From the NCBI GenBank assembly GCA_029247315.1, contig JAQWLM010000067.1, forward strand, positions 465-64,464: a stretch of 64,000 nt of DNA, read 5' to 3'. How positions within the stretch are numbered: the first letter of the stretch is position 1; each line of letters opens with the position of its first letter. The notes below the pieces were generated by a model, which searched no databases, was not told where the DNA came from, and saw only the letters and a program-made list of their open reading frames with translations. Positions 28,926 through 37,536 of the stretch are shown here, piece after piece. A program made the translations under genes and the position numbers. The DNA is from Verrucomicrobiota bacterium (GTDB taxonomy: Bacteria; Verrucomicrobiota; Verrucomicrobiia; Limisphaerales; AAA164-E04).

Positions 28926-29308
28926 TTAAAAAGACGCATTTTCTCCCTAATCGGTTGCCTTACCATGCACAAAGTTTTCTGCAAGAGTATCCCCCCCCAA
29001 GTGATCCTTTAACCTCATGAACAAGGGATCGTTTTTTTGGAAAATACAGCTTTCCACGAGGTTTCTCCCCGCTTGTTGCATTGGCAGGAAGGATCAGGTC
29101 ACCTGCGCATCTCGAGGGTCGAAGTCAAGGATGTCGATCTGCGACTTGATCAAGCTGCATGAGCAGGACAGGAGGACAATGAACCAGGGGTCGCTACAGG
29201 CCGTGCGAGTCAAGGATGTGGTGTTTCAGGATCATGGCGTGAGTCAGGAACCTGCATCCAAGATCTAATGCGATTGACCTTCGCTCTTCCTTGCACCAAC
29301 GTGGTCCC

Positions 29309-30751
29309 ATGGCCCTGCTCCAGCAATTTCTCCCGGTGCTGATGCTGCTCATCGCCACCCTTTCACTCAGTTTGATGGGAGGTGCTGCTCATCGTCCCAA
29401 CGTTCTGATCGTTCTTGCAGATGATTGTACCTACAACGACCTGCCGGTTTATGGAGGTCAGAATGCCCAGACCCCCAGTATCGATCGACTTGCATCCGAG
29501 GGAATGGTATTTGACCATGCTTATCTTGTTTCTGCCATGTGTCAGCCTTGCCGATCGGAACTTTACACGGGGCAGTTTCCCATGCGCAATGGGTGTGCTT
29601 GGAACCATTCCTCCTGTCGTAAGGGGACCCTCAGCATGCCACATCATTTATCTCGGCTTGGTTACCGTGTCGGGTTGACCGGTAAGATGCATGTCAAGCC
29701 AACGGAGGTCTTCCCCTTCATAAGGGTGGGAGGTTTTGACACCAACTGTGTCAGGAACCCAACTGCCAGTCATGACATGCGTGAGGTCGCCGAATTCATG
29801 GCGAGCAGTGATACGAATCCCTTCTGCCTTGTGGTCGCACTTGTTGAACCCCATGTTCCGTGGGTCATGGGGGATCCCTCGCAGTATCCTCCGGATCAAA
29901 TCCGTTTGCCGCCAAACGTGGCGGATACGCCGCGCACACGACTTGATTTTGGCCGGTATCTAGCTGAAGTAACCTATATGGACAGTCAAGTGGGTGCCAT
30001 CATGGAAGCACTTGACCATTCCGGTAAGGCTGCAGATACCTTGGTTCTCTTCAGTTCTGAGCAGGGAGCCCAATTTCCTGGTTGCAAGTGGACCAACTGG
30101 GATACGGGGATCCATACAGCCTTGATTGCGAGGTGGCCGGAGCGTATTGCCTCTGGAGTGCATACCAAGGCCATGGTGCATTATGCGGATGTACTTCCAA
30201 CCCTTGTAGAGTTGGCTGGGGGAAGTGTTGCCTCAGCTTCGTTTGACGGGAAAAGTTTTTATCCGGTCTTATTTGGAAAACGTAAGATCCACCGGTCTTT
30301 TTCATACGGCATGCACAACAATGTGCCGGAAGGTCCTCCTTACCCCATCCGCAGCGTCAGTAATGGAGCCTTCCGTTTGATTCGAAATCTTCAGCCTGAT
30401 GAGATCTATATCGAGAAACACCTGATGGGGATGCAGGGTGACGGGCAGTTGAACAATCCCTACTGGTCGACGTGGACTTGGGGTGCCGCGCGGGATACGT
30501 CTGTTTACCAGCTGGTAAAACGCTACATCAGACGCCCTCCCCAGGCACTTTACCACACCGCAGAAGATCCATTTGAACTCCACAATTTGATTGAAGATCC
30601 CAGGTATCAAGGTATTCAAAACGAACTGGTCGAAGCACTGGAAGCATGGATGGTATTGCAGGGGGATCCAGGGATTCGCCAAGACTCCTGGGGGGCGCTG
30701 GAGGCTGCCCGGAAGGGCCTTCATCAGTTCATTCCACCTCCGGGTGAATGA
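29309..30751 (+). CDS. Formylglycine-dependent sulfatase (arylsulfatase family)
   Basis: Signal peptide, NVLIVLADD, and sulfatase motif C-Q-P-C-R-S (CxPxR) in ..SAMCQPCRSELYTG... The ORF opens with TTG at 29291, with the first ATG at 29309. Confidence 0.88.
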   Translation: MALLQQFLPVLMLLIATLSLSLMGGAAHRPNVLIVLADDCTYNDLPVYGGQNAQTPSIDRLASEGMVFDHAYLVSAMCQPCRSELYTGQFPMRNGCAWNHSSCRKGTLSMPHHLSRLGYRVGLTGKMHVKPTEVFPFIRVGGFDTNCVRNPTASHDMREVAEFMASSDTNPFCLVVALVEPHVPWVMGDPSQYPPDQIRLPPNVADTPRTRLDFGRYLAEVTYMDSQVGAIMEALDHSGKAADTLVLFSSEQGAQFPGCKWTNWDTGIHTALIARWPERIASGVHTKAMVHYADVLPTLVELAGGSVASASFDGKSFYPVLFGKRKIHRSFSYGMHNNVPEGPPYPIRSVSNGAFRLIRNLQPDEIYIEKHLMGMQGDGQLNNPYWSTWTWGAARDTSVYQLVKRYIRRPPQALYHTAEDPFELHNLIEDPRYQGIQNELVEALEAWMVLQGDPGIRQDSWGALEAARKGLHQFIPPPGE

Positions 30752-30810
30752 TCACGGATTCTATTCATCCAGGGGTTGTCATACGTGTAGAAAAACCTTA
30801 AAATGCGTGC

Positions 30811-31119
30811 ATGAATTCCTTGAGCATCTCCTTGGCGCTGCTGCCTGCCCTGATGTATGGCCTCTGGGGGTTGTTTGCTGGATTCATTCTCTTGATTTTC
30901 CTCTGGCTGCTCAGGATCGAGCCCTACGTCCGGAGGAGGACGCGGACATCTACCTTTTTCCTGTACCCTTGGGCACCATGGAAGGATTACCTAGACGGTC
31001 TGCATGTCTCCAAGCGGCACAGGCGCGGAACTCCCTCCTTTTTTGGTTGGTTTTTTTGGGGCAGTCTTCTCGAAGTAGGGGGATGCCTGGTCTGGTTGAT
31101 GGTTTGGTTCTCTACTTGA
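30811..31119 (+). CDS. Hypothetical small membrane protein
   Basis: 102-aa ORF with 2-3 hydrophobic helices (LALLPALMYGLWGLFAGFILLIFLWLL.., ..GCLVWLMVWF). No recognisable family. Overlaps the phosphatase stop by 8 nt. Confidence 0.3.
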   Translation: MNSLSISLALLPALMYGLWGLFAGFILLIFLWLLRIEPYVRRRTRTSTFFLYPWAPWKDYLDGLHVSKRHRRGTPSFFGWFFWGSLLEVGGCLVWLMVWFST

Positions 31120-32836
31120 CCTTGATCCCCTTTTCCCTCTCCTTCAAAGAGTCAAAATCAGGGGTCTTGGAGGCGTAGCGCATGACCTGATAGATGTAAT
31201 TCTGCTCATGTACGCCACTCAGAAGATGGGACATGGGGCCTGTGGCATAGACAACCACATCCTCGCCTCCATGTGTTTCACTCCCCAAGGGGATACCTGC
31301 CTCCTGGATGTAGTTTTCACATTCCACATCGCGCTCATGCAGGTCTGGTCTTGCCGGGCGAGGGACCTTGACATACTGCCAGTCTTCGCTTGCTGCCAAG
31401 CTGCCACCGTTGTCCCCGAATGAGCCATGAAAATGCCCGCCACCTTCAGCAATCTCCAGGGAATTTTTGTTTATGACAGGGCCCACATAGCCGCCACCAT
31501 TGACATAACCTAGTGTGGTGTAGGGTAATCCCAGGGCATCCTTTGCGGGTTCCTTTTTGGGATGACCACTGTCGTCGTTTCCGATGACAAGCCCCAGGAT
31601 AGGGTTGCCTCGTGTGGGGTATCCGGCGATGGTGAAAGTGTGACTGTGATCGGCCGTGACAATGATCAGTGTTTCCTGGAGTTCAGTTGGACTCAGGGCG
31701 TTTTGAATGGTGCGAACTGCATCCGATAGCCTGATGGTTTCAGTCAGGGCACGGTGTGCGTTACCAGCGTGGTGGGCATGATCGATGCGTCCTGCCTCAA
31801 TCATCAGAAAAAAGCCATGATCGTTTTGCTTCAGGATTTGGAGTGCCTTGAGACTCATTGCCGCCAGTGAGGGTTCATTTGGATAGACAGGTTTGGTTCT
31901 GTCGGATTCATATTGCATGTGGCCCTGCTCAAAGAGCCCCAGTAGTTTACTCGTTCGAGTGGGGGATACGGCATCAAAGCCTTCATGGTCGTAAACGAAT
32001 GCCGCATGAGGTTGTTCGAGCCATTCGTTGATCAGGTTGCGACTATCCTGCCTCATTCCCACGACCAGTGGGTTTTCATGATCCTTTGCTGTTTCTGGGA
32101 TGAAGGCCAAGCGCCCGCCTCCCAGCGCCACATCGAGTCCATCGCCATAGGGAAACTCAATCAACTGACGGGCGACATCCTTGTAGCCGGCACGATGAGC
32201 TGATTCATGGTTGGTTCTCATTTTTGCGTCGTGTTCCCAGTTGCGCTCCGGGGTATGGGCATAACATGCCGCGGGCGTAGCATGCGTGATTCTGGCAGTT
32301 GAAACGATACCTGTTGCTTTGCCTTCCCTCTCAAAGGCCTCAAGGAGGGTTTCTACCTTTTTCGAGGAACCGCCATGATCCTCAGTCGACATGTGGTCTC
32401 CCCGCACAACCGTTTCATCGTAACCGAAGGTGTATGCCTTGGTCTTGTAGCCCGTCATGATGGCGCTCATTGTTCCAGCCGAATCCGGTGTTTGCTGATT
32501 GGTATTGTAGACCTTTATCATGGCAGTATGCGGAAAAGATTCCCAACTCAGTGTGTTTTCTTCCCCAGAATGACCCTTTCTCTGCCCCTCCAAAATCCTG
32601 GCTGCTGTGATCGTGGAAATACCCATGCCATCACCGATAAACAGGATGATGTTCTTTGCGTATCCGGTGTTCTTTTTATTCTCCAAGGAGTGCTGCAGTC
32701 GCTGAAGCTGGGACTCATATGAGGATGGAACGTGTAGGTTGGAATCCCCCATGCAAATCCATGTTAAAAGTGAAAAACAGCCAAAGATCCACGTTTGTTT
32801 TACCGGTTTGAAGGTTTGTATCGTATGTCGGAACAT
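31112..32836 (-). CDS. Alkaline phosphatase (PhoA-type)
   Basis: Motifs ..NIILFIGDGMGISTITAARI.., the active-site Ser in ..TPDSAGTMSAIMTG.., ..IEAGRIDHAHH.. and ..VTADHSHTF... Confidence 0.9.
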   Translation of the reverse strand: MFRHTIQTFKPVKQTWIFGCFSLLTWICMGDSNLHVPSSYESQLQRLQHSLENKKNTGYAKNIILFIGDGMGISTITAARILEGQRKGHSGEENTLSWESFPHTAMIKVYNTNQQTPDSAGTMSAIMTGYKTKAYTFGYDETVVRGDHMSTEDHGGSSKKVETLLEAFEREGKATGIVSTARITHATPAACYAHTPERNWEHDAKMRTNHESAHRAGYKDVARQLIEFPYGDGLDVALGGGRLAFIPETAKDHENPLVVGMRQDSRNLINEWLEQPHAAFVYDHEGFDAVSPTRTSKLLGLFEQGHMQYESDRTKPVYPNEPSLAAMSLKALQILKQNDHGFFLMIEAGRIDHAHHAGNAHRALTETIRLSDAVRTIQNALSPTELQETLIIVTADHSHTFTIAGYPTRGNPILGLVIGNDDSGHPKKEPAKDALGLPYTTLGYVNGGGYVGPVINKNSLEIAEGGGHFHGSFGDNGGSLAASEDWQYVKVPRPARPDLHERDVECENYIQEAGIPLGSETHGGEDVVVYATGPMSHLLSGVHEQNYIYQVMRYASKTPDFDSLKEREKGIKVK

Positions 32837-32910
32837 AAGTGATTCAGGTTTTGAGGCGTTCGATGATGAGATTGGATTCTATGTAAAGGGCGTAATGTTG
32901 GTTTGGCTTC

Positions 32911-34338
32911 CTACAAGTCAAATACCGTTTTATTCATTGGAGTCTGGTTGTCCTCAAAAGTCCGGGGTGCATTGGGTTGGTGGAAAATCATGGAAAAGGG
33001 ACCTATATTAATTTTGTCTTTATCCCTGAGAAGGGTGGGGCCTGTTACCTTCGAGCCATTTTGATACGTGCCATTGCGGCTCCCTGTATCAATGAGCCAC
33101 AATTTTTCGTTATTCTCTTTTTGAATCATCGCATGCCGTCGCGAGACTCTCTGGCTTGGAAGGCAAAGATCGCTGGCATCGGTTCGCCCAATGCTGCAAC
33201 TGGCTCGGATACGCACGCGGTTTCCCTCGGGTAGTTCGATTTCAGCTATGGGGCGTACGCGATCAATCCACTCCTGGTTGAATACGTGTGCGTAAATCGG
33301 GTTACGCACCACAAGAAGGTTTTGTTCGACACGCACCAGACCAGACAGGAACAATTCGCTGGTAAGTGGGTTGGTGTCCTCATCGGGTATACGCTGCTGG
33401 CGCAGAATGCTTTCATAAAGCTCCAGCAATGATATTTGATCCAGATGACTTCTGCGGATCCTTTCCCTCACGTAGAGCAGGTTGTCGTCCTGCTCAGTGG
33501 CTCGGCTTGAAAGAAAAAGTTCGCTGCAGACCGTGTCGACGATCGATTCGGGTTCCTCTTCCTTACCCGAGGGATGTTCCATGACGGCTTGGCACAGGCG
33601 CTGGGTGAGGTAGGGATGTCCGTGGGTCCAGTAATGAATCTGTTTGAGTCGACGAGCCGCGCGCTCCTGATCATCCGGGTTTTGTTCCAGACCTCTGGCC
33701 AGGGGTAGGGTCTCTTCAAGGGAAAAGTCATGCAGCGGGATTCGATGCCCGATGTTAAATGGAGTGGTGTTGGCATCCTTCATAAGGTCTGCTGGACTCC
33801 CCACTCCCAGAAGACAAAAGGTAAGTTTCCCATATTCGGGATCTTCGATGCGTTGATTGTAGCACTGACGAATGGCTCCAAAAAACTCATCCGTGCTGAA
33901 GTTGAGGTTGCGTACCATGTCGAGTTCATCGAAAAAGATCACCATGGTCTTCTTGATCCTGGGTAGGATGACATGGCGAATCGCCTGAAACCAGCGCTGC
34001 ACGGCACTCAGTCGCTGGTGGTCCATCCAATAATCCTCCAGTTCGTCCTCAAGGTGCATGGCCTGGCCTATCTTGACCAGGAGGCCATCATACCATTGCT
34101 CTGCGTTCACGTTTTGACCGATGGCTGTCAAGTCCAGGGTAAGCGTGTCGATGCCTTCCTCCTTGAGGCGCATCGCGGCACGTACCATGCTGGATGATTT
34201 TCCCATTTGCCTAGCGGTCAGCACATAACAGAATTCGCCTCGTGACAGCAGCTCAAACAATTGCGTGTCAGATGCGCGTTCCACATAGGAGGGGCTGTTG
34301 TGGTGCAAGGTGCCTCCAGTTGTGAAAAACCAGCTCAT
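32911..34338 (-). CDS. AAA-like (AAA_35-type) ATPase domain fused to a C-terminal FHA domain
   Basis: N-terminus FFTTGGTLHHNSPSYVER..GEFCYVLTARQMGKSS (P-loop) and ..MVIFFDELD.. (Walker B). C-terminus ..CSIGRTDASDLCLPSQRVSRRHAMI..LWLIDTGSRNGTYQNG.. is an FHA domain. Confidence 0.7.
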   Translation of the reverse strand: MSWFFTTGGTLHHNSPSYVERASDTQLFELLSRGEFCYVLTARQMGKSSSMVRAAMRLKEEGIDTLTLDLTAIGQNVNAEQWYDGLLVKIGQAMHLEDELEDYWMDHQRLSAVQRWFQAIRHVILPRIKKTMVIFFDELDMVRNLNFSTDEFFGAIRQCYNQRIEDPEYGKLTFCLLGVGSPADLMKDANTTPFNIGHRIPLHDFSLEETLPLARGLEQNPDDQERAARRLKQIHYWTHGHPYLTQRLCQAVMEHPSGKEEEPESIVDTVCSELFLSSRATEQDDNLLYVRERIRRSHLDQISLLELYESILRQQRIPDEDTNPLTSELFLSGLVRVEQNLLVVRNPIYAHVFNQEWIDRVRPIAEIELPEGNRVRIRASCSIGRTDASDLCLPSQRVSRRHAMIQKENNEKLWLIDTGSRNGTYQNGSKVTGPTLLRDKDKINIGPFSMIFHQPNAPRTFEDNQTPMNKTVFDL

Positions 34339-34494
34339 GTGCAGATGCTAGTGAATCGTTACACTTGCGCCAACCAGAAATGCAAGACTCGTTGCGCCCC
34401 GCTGTATCTGAATCAGATAAAAAGAATCGATTCTGTAACCAGTCATCGAAACGTATCGTCTCTGATTACCGAACGTGAACAAAAGATATTCATT

Positions 34495-35097
34495 ATGAAA
34501 CATCAAGTATTACTCATTGCAATCACTGCAATTTCTGCAGTTTTAACCACCGATATGCAGGCTCAGGGGAGAGGTCCCGGGGCTGCTCGCGAATCACGGG
34601 GTGGCCTCGGCGGTCCTGAGGGTGGTTCGCGACCAATGCCTCCCCTTTTTGTTGCCCTTGACGTCGATAAAAACGGTGAACTTTCCACGGCGGAAATTAA
34701 CAATGCCGTGGCGGTCCTGAAAAAAATGGACGCCGACAAGGATGGGAAAATCAGCATGCAGGAAATCCGACCTCGAGGTGACAGGTCCACAGGGCCTGGC
34801 CAGAGGCGTGGTGGGCAAGGCAGAACTGCAGGGGAACGACCTCGTCAAGGTGGCCGTGGTGGAGATCCGAGCCAGATAGTCGATCGAATCATGAGCTCCG
34901 ACGCCAATAGCGATGGAAAAATATCCAAGGATGAACTGCCGGAGCGAATGCAACGCCTGATGGAGATCATGGATGAGAATAAGGATGGGTTTTTGACCCG
35001 GGAAGAGATCGAATCGAAACGAAATTTGCGACGACGTGGGGGGCAGGGACAAGGTCCCGAGCGTGGGGATCGTCGTCGAGGGGGGCGCCCGCAATAA
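34495..35097 (+). CDS. Secreted EF-hand calcium-binding protein with Gly/Arg-rich linkers
   Basis: Signal peptide MKHQVLLIAITAISAVLTTDMQA. EF-hand loops DVDKNGELSTAE, DADKDGKISMQE, DANSDGKISKDE and DENKDGFLTREE. RGG-type low-complexity stretches between them. Internal ATG of ORF 34261-35097. Confidence 0.8.
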   Translation: MKHQVLLIAITAISAVLTTDMQAQGRGPGAARESRGGLGGPEGGSRPMPPLFVALDVDKNGELSTAEINNAVAVLKKMDADKDGKISMQEIRPRGDRSTGPGQRRGGQGRTAGERPRQGGRGGDPSQIVDRIMSSDANSDGKISKDELPERMQRLMEIMDENKDGFLTREEIESKRNLRRRGGQGQGPERGDRRRGGRPQ

Positions 35098-35150
35098 GAT
35101 ACGGTGTGATTGGTATTCAAGCCCTGTGTAAGGTTTGAAAGCAGCTTCCA

Positions 35151-35196
35151 CAAACAATAGAAAAGCCGGACACGCGTCCGGCTTTTCTATTGTTTG
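35151..35196. terminator. Bidirectional intrinsic terminator (perfect 21-bp inverted repeat)
   Basis: caaacaatagaaaagccggac-acgc-gtccggcttttctattgtttg. A GC core is flanked by an A-run and a T-run, between convergent genes ending at 35097 (+) and 35218 (-). Confidence 0.8.
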
Positions 35197-35217
35197 AAAT
35201 CCTTACGCTCTTCCTTT

Positions 35218-35619
35218 TTAATTGCCTGAAGACGGATGACGTTGGATTAACTCGATTTCGTATCCCTCGGGAGCATCAACAAATGCGAAACCTCCACTAC
35301 CGTCAGGTTTCATTGTGGGACCATCGGAATACTCCAAGCCGAGCGATTCAAGGTGCTTGCCGAATGCTTCCAGGCTGTCGACGATGAATCCCAAATGTGT
35401 CAAGTCCTCCTGAACCTCGACCTTGCCACTGCTGGGATAATAACACAGTTCAATCAGTTCATTGCTCTCAGGTGCCTTGAAAAAAACCAGTTCTGATCCG
35501 CGGGGTGATTTATGGCGGCGTACTTCCTCAAGTCCCAGGACGTTTTTGTAAAACGCCACGCTCTTTTCCAAATCGCTGACGCGATACCTCGTATGATCCA
35601 GTCGACGTACAATAGACAT
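35218..35619 (-). CDS. VOC-family protein (glyoxalase I-like)
   Basis: RLDHTRYRVSDLEKSVAFYKNVLGL.. and ..HLGFIV..GYEIELIQ are typical glyoxalase/bleomycin-resistance fold motifs. Confidence 0.75.
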   Translation of the reverse strand: MSIVRRLDHTRYRVSDLEKSVAFYKNVLGLEEVRRHKSPRGSELVFFKAPESNELIELCYYPSSGKVEVQEDLTHLGFIVDSLEAFGKHLESLGLEYSDGPTMKPDGSGGFAFVDAPEGYEIELIQRHPSSGN

Positions 35620-35666
35620 GTTGAAACCTTAAGGTGCGAAACCTGCTGGGGCAACCTTGGAATCGT

Positions 35667-36335
35667 TCACGATCGTTGCGTCTCATTGGCGCGCAGTTCC
35701 CTTTCTTTTTCCTGGGTAGCCTTGCGAAGCATAGCCTCTGCTGACCAACCCTTGGCCTGGGCATGCATGCTCAGTTCAAGCAGTGCCTGGCCCAGAGCCT
35801 TCGGGGTGCTGGGAATGGAAAGGGGAGCTTGTAAAGTTGCCGTTTCCATCAGTTTTGCCTTTCTGGCTTTTTTGGCAAGCTTCTCTGCGTAATGAAGCGC
35901 CGGTAGATGTTTTGGAATGCCGTCGAGTGCTGAGTTGCGTTCGAGTTGCGTTCCTTTTTTTTCGGCAAGCTTGATGCTTTCCCATTGGTTCCATACCCCT
36001 TCCACGTCGGTGACCTTGCTGTCACCAAAAACATGAGGGTGACGTCGGATCAATTTGTCACATAAGGCCTGGCAAACCGCATCGAAGTCAAAAACCTTTC
36101 GCTCTGCTGCAAGCTGGCAATGAAAGACAACCTGAAGCAATACGTCTCCCAATTCTTCCAACATTTCCTGATCATCATCTGCCTCAATAGCGTCGATAAG
36201 CTCGTAAACCTCCTCGACGGCGTGAAATCTCAGACTTTCATGATTCTGTTCCTGGTCCCAGGGGCATCCCTCTGGCGCCCGTAATTTAGCCATGATTTCC
36301 AGAACCTGTTGAATGTTTGATTTCGGTGCATGCAT
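35667..36335 (-). CDS. mazG: Nucleoside triphosphate pyrophosphohydrolase MazG
   Basis: Motifs ..LRAPEGCPWDQEQNHESL..AVEEVYELIDAIE..EELGDVLLQVVFH.., and ..IRRHPHVFG... The internal ATG at 36335 removes the overlap with proB. Confidence 0.88.
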   Translation of the reverse strand: MHAPKSNIQQVLEIMAKLRAPEGCPWDQEQNHESLRFHAVEEVYELIDAIEADDDQEMLEELGDVLLQVVFHCQLAAERKVFDFDAVCQALCDKLIRRHPHVFGDSKVTDVEGVWNQWESIKLAEKKGTQLERNSALDGIPKHLPALHYAEKLAKKARKAKLMETATLQAPLSIPSTPKALGQALLELSMHAQAKGWSAEAMLRKATQEKERELRANETQRS

Positions 36336-36351
36336 TGCCAATTCCTTCCAC

Positions 36352-37428
36352 TTAAAGAATAACAAGATTATCTCGATGAACGATTTCCTCATGCCGCTCA
36401 TTCCACTCGTCAAAACTATTCGAATCAGATTCAACAATACCGACTGCAAATTCGGTGCCTTGTTCATCGCGGACATGGACCACTTCTCCAGCCTTGAAAT
36501 GACCATCAATCCCGCAGACACCCTGCGGTAGAAGGCTGCAGCCCTGGTCTCGCAAGGCTGTCTTGGCCCCTTGGTCCACCACCAAGCTTCCGCTGGGGCG
36601 GTGAAAAAAGGCAATCCATCGCTTGTGTCCCTTTAACTTCCGGGAGGAGGGCAGGAACACAGTGCCGACATCCTTGCCCTCGATCATATCCTTGAGAATC
36701 GTTTTGCTGCGTCCGGGACCAATGAACATGGGAATCCCTGAACGGACGGCAATCCATGCTGCGTCCATCTTGGTGGTCATCCCCCCGGTCGCCGTGACGC
36801 TGGTGGTTCCCTTGGCCATGGTACGTATCTCATCGGTGATCTTGCTCACTTCGGAAACCCTTTCAGCATTTGATTGTCCGAAATCGCGAATCAACCCCTC
36901 TGCGGTTGTCAGTATTACCAGCAGGTCTGCAGCGATGAGACTTGCAACGAGGGCCGAAAGGGAGTCGTTGTCTCCAAACTTCAACTCCGTATAGGAGACC
37001 GCATCATTTTCATTCACGATGGGTACGATTTGGCGTTCAAGAAGTGCGATCAGTGTGTTGCGGGCATTGAGGTGGCGATCGTGATGCTTGAGGTCAGCGT
37101 GTGTTAGAAGCACTTGTCCCACTGTGATTCCATGCCGGGCAAACAAGTCCGAATAGGTATGCATCAAACGACTCTGCCCCACGGCGGCGCAGGCCTGCAG
37201 GTCGGTGAGGTCTTTCGGACGCTTCTCCCACTTCATGTTGCCCATACCGGCGCCCACAGCACCGGAGGAAACGATGACCACATCCCGACCGGCGGATTTG
37301 AGCTCGGCAATCTGGCTTACCAACTGCTCCATCTGTGAAACCTCGGGATGATTCCTTTGATCCGTCAGGATGCCGGTACCTAATTTAATGACCAGTCTCT
37401 GGGCTTTTTGAAGCAAGGGTGCTCGCAT
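36352..37428 (-). CDS. proB: Glutamate 5-kinase with PUA domain
   Basis: Motifs ..RLVIKLGTGILTD.., ..VVIVSSGAVGAG.., ..VPIVNENDAVS..KFGDNDSLSALVA.., and a C-terminal PUA region. Internal ATG at 37428. Confidence 0.9.
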   Translation of the reverse strand: MRAPLLQKAQRLVIKLGTGILTDQRNHPEVSQMEQLVSQIAELKSAGRDVVIVSSGAVGAGMGNMKWEKRPKDLTDLQACAAVGQSRLMHTYSDLFARHGITVGQVLLTHADLKHHDRHLNARNTLIALLERQIVPIVNENDAVSYTELKFGDNDSLSALVASLIAADLLVILTTAEGLIRDFGQSNAERVSEVSKITDEIRTMAKGTTSVTATGGMTTKMDAAWIAVRSGIPMFIGPGRSKTILKDMIEGKDVGTVFLPSSRKLKGHKRWIAFFHRPSGSLVVDQGAKTALRDQGCSLLPQGVCGIDGHFKAGEVVHVRDEQGTEFAVGIVESDSNSFDEWNERHEEIVHRDNLVIL

Positions 37429-37536
37429 GATTTTGCAACGGTCTTCATTGCTACGTTGTTTTGCGTTAAAGGCAAGGCAGCGATGCGGGGGGGGTAGCAT
37501 GCGCCAACTAAGCCAGTGATTTTTAAACCCAAAGGT

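Noticed and set aside
29017-29268. 83-aa ORF in the spacer between the Fur-family gene and the sulfatase
   Set aside because: It has no recognisable motif, an odd composition, and no evident ribosome-binding site. The region looks more like regulatory or leader sequence (see the direct-repeat finding).
36336-36614. N-terminal extensions suggested by the ORF track (MazG 36336-36614; also SufS 24057-24146, IscU 22166-22285, ProB 37429-37500, SufD 26016-26072, ClpP 43340-43429, KpsF 45542-45718)
   Set aside because: The extensions overlap the 3' ends of upstream genes or lack family sequence. Internal ATGs give products that begin where the conserved domains begin.
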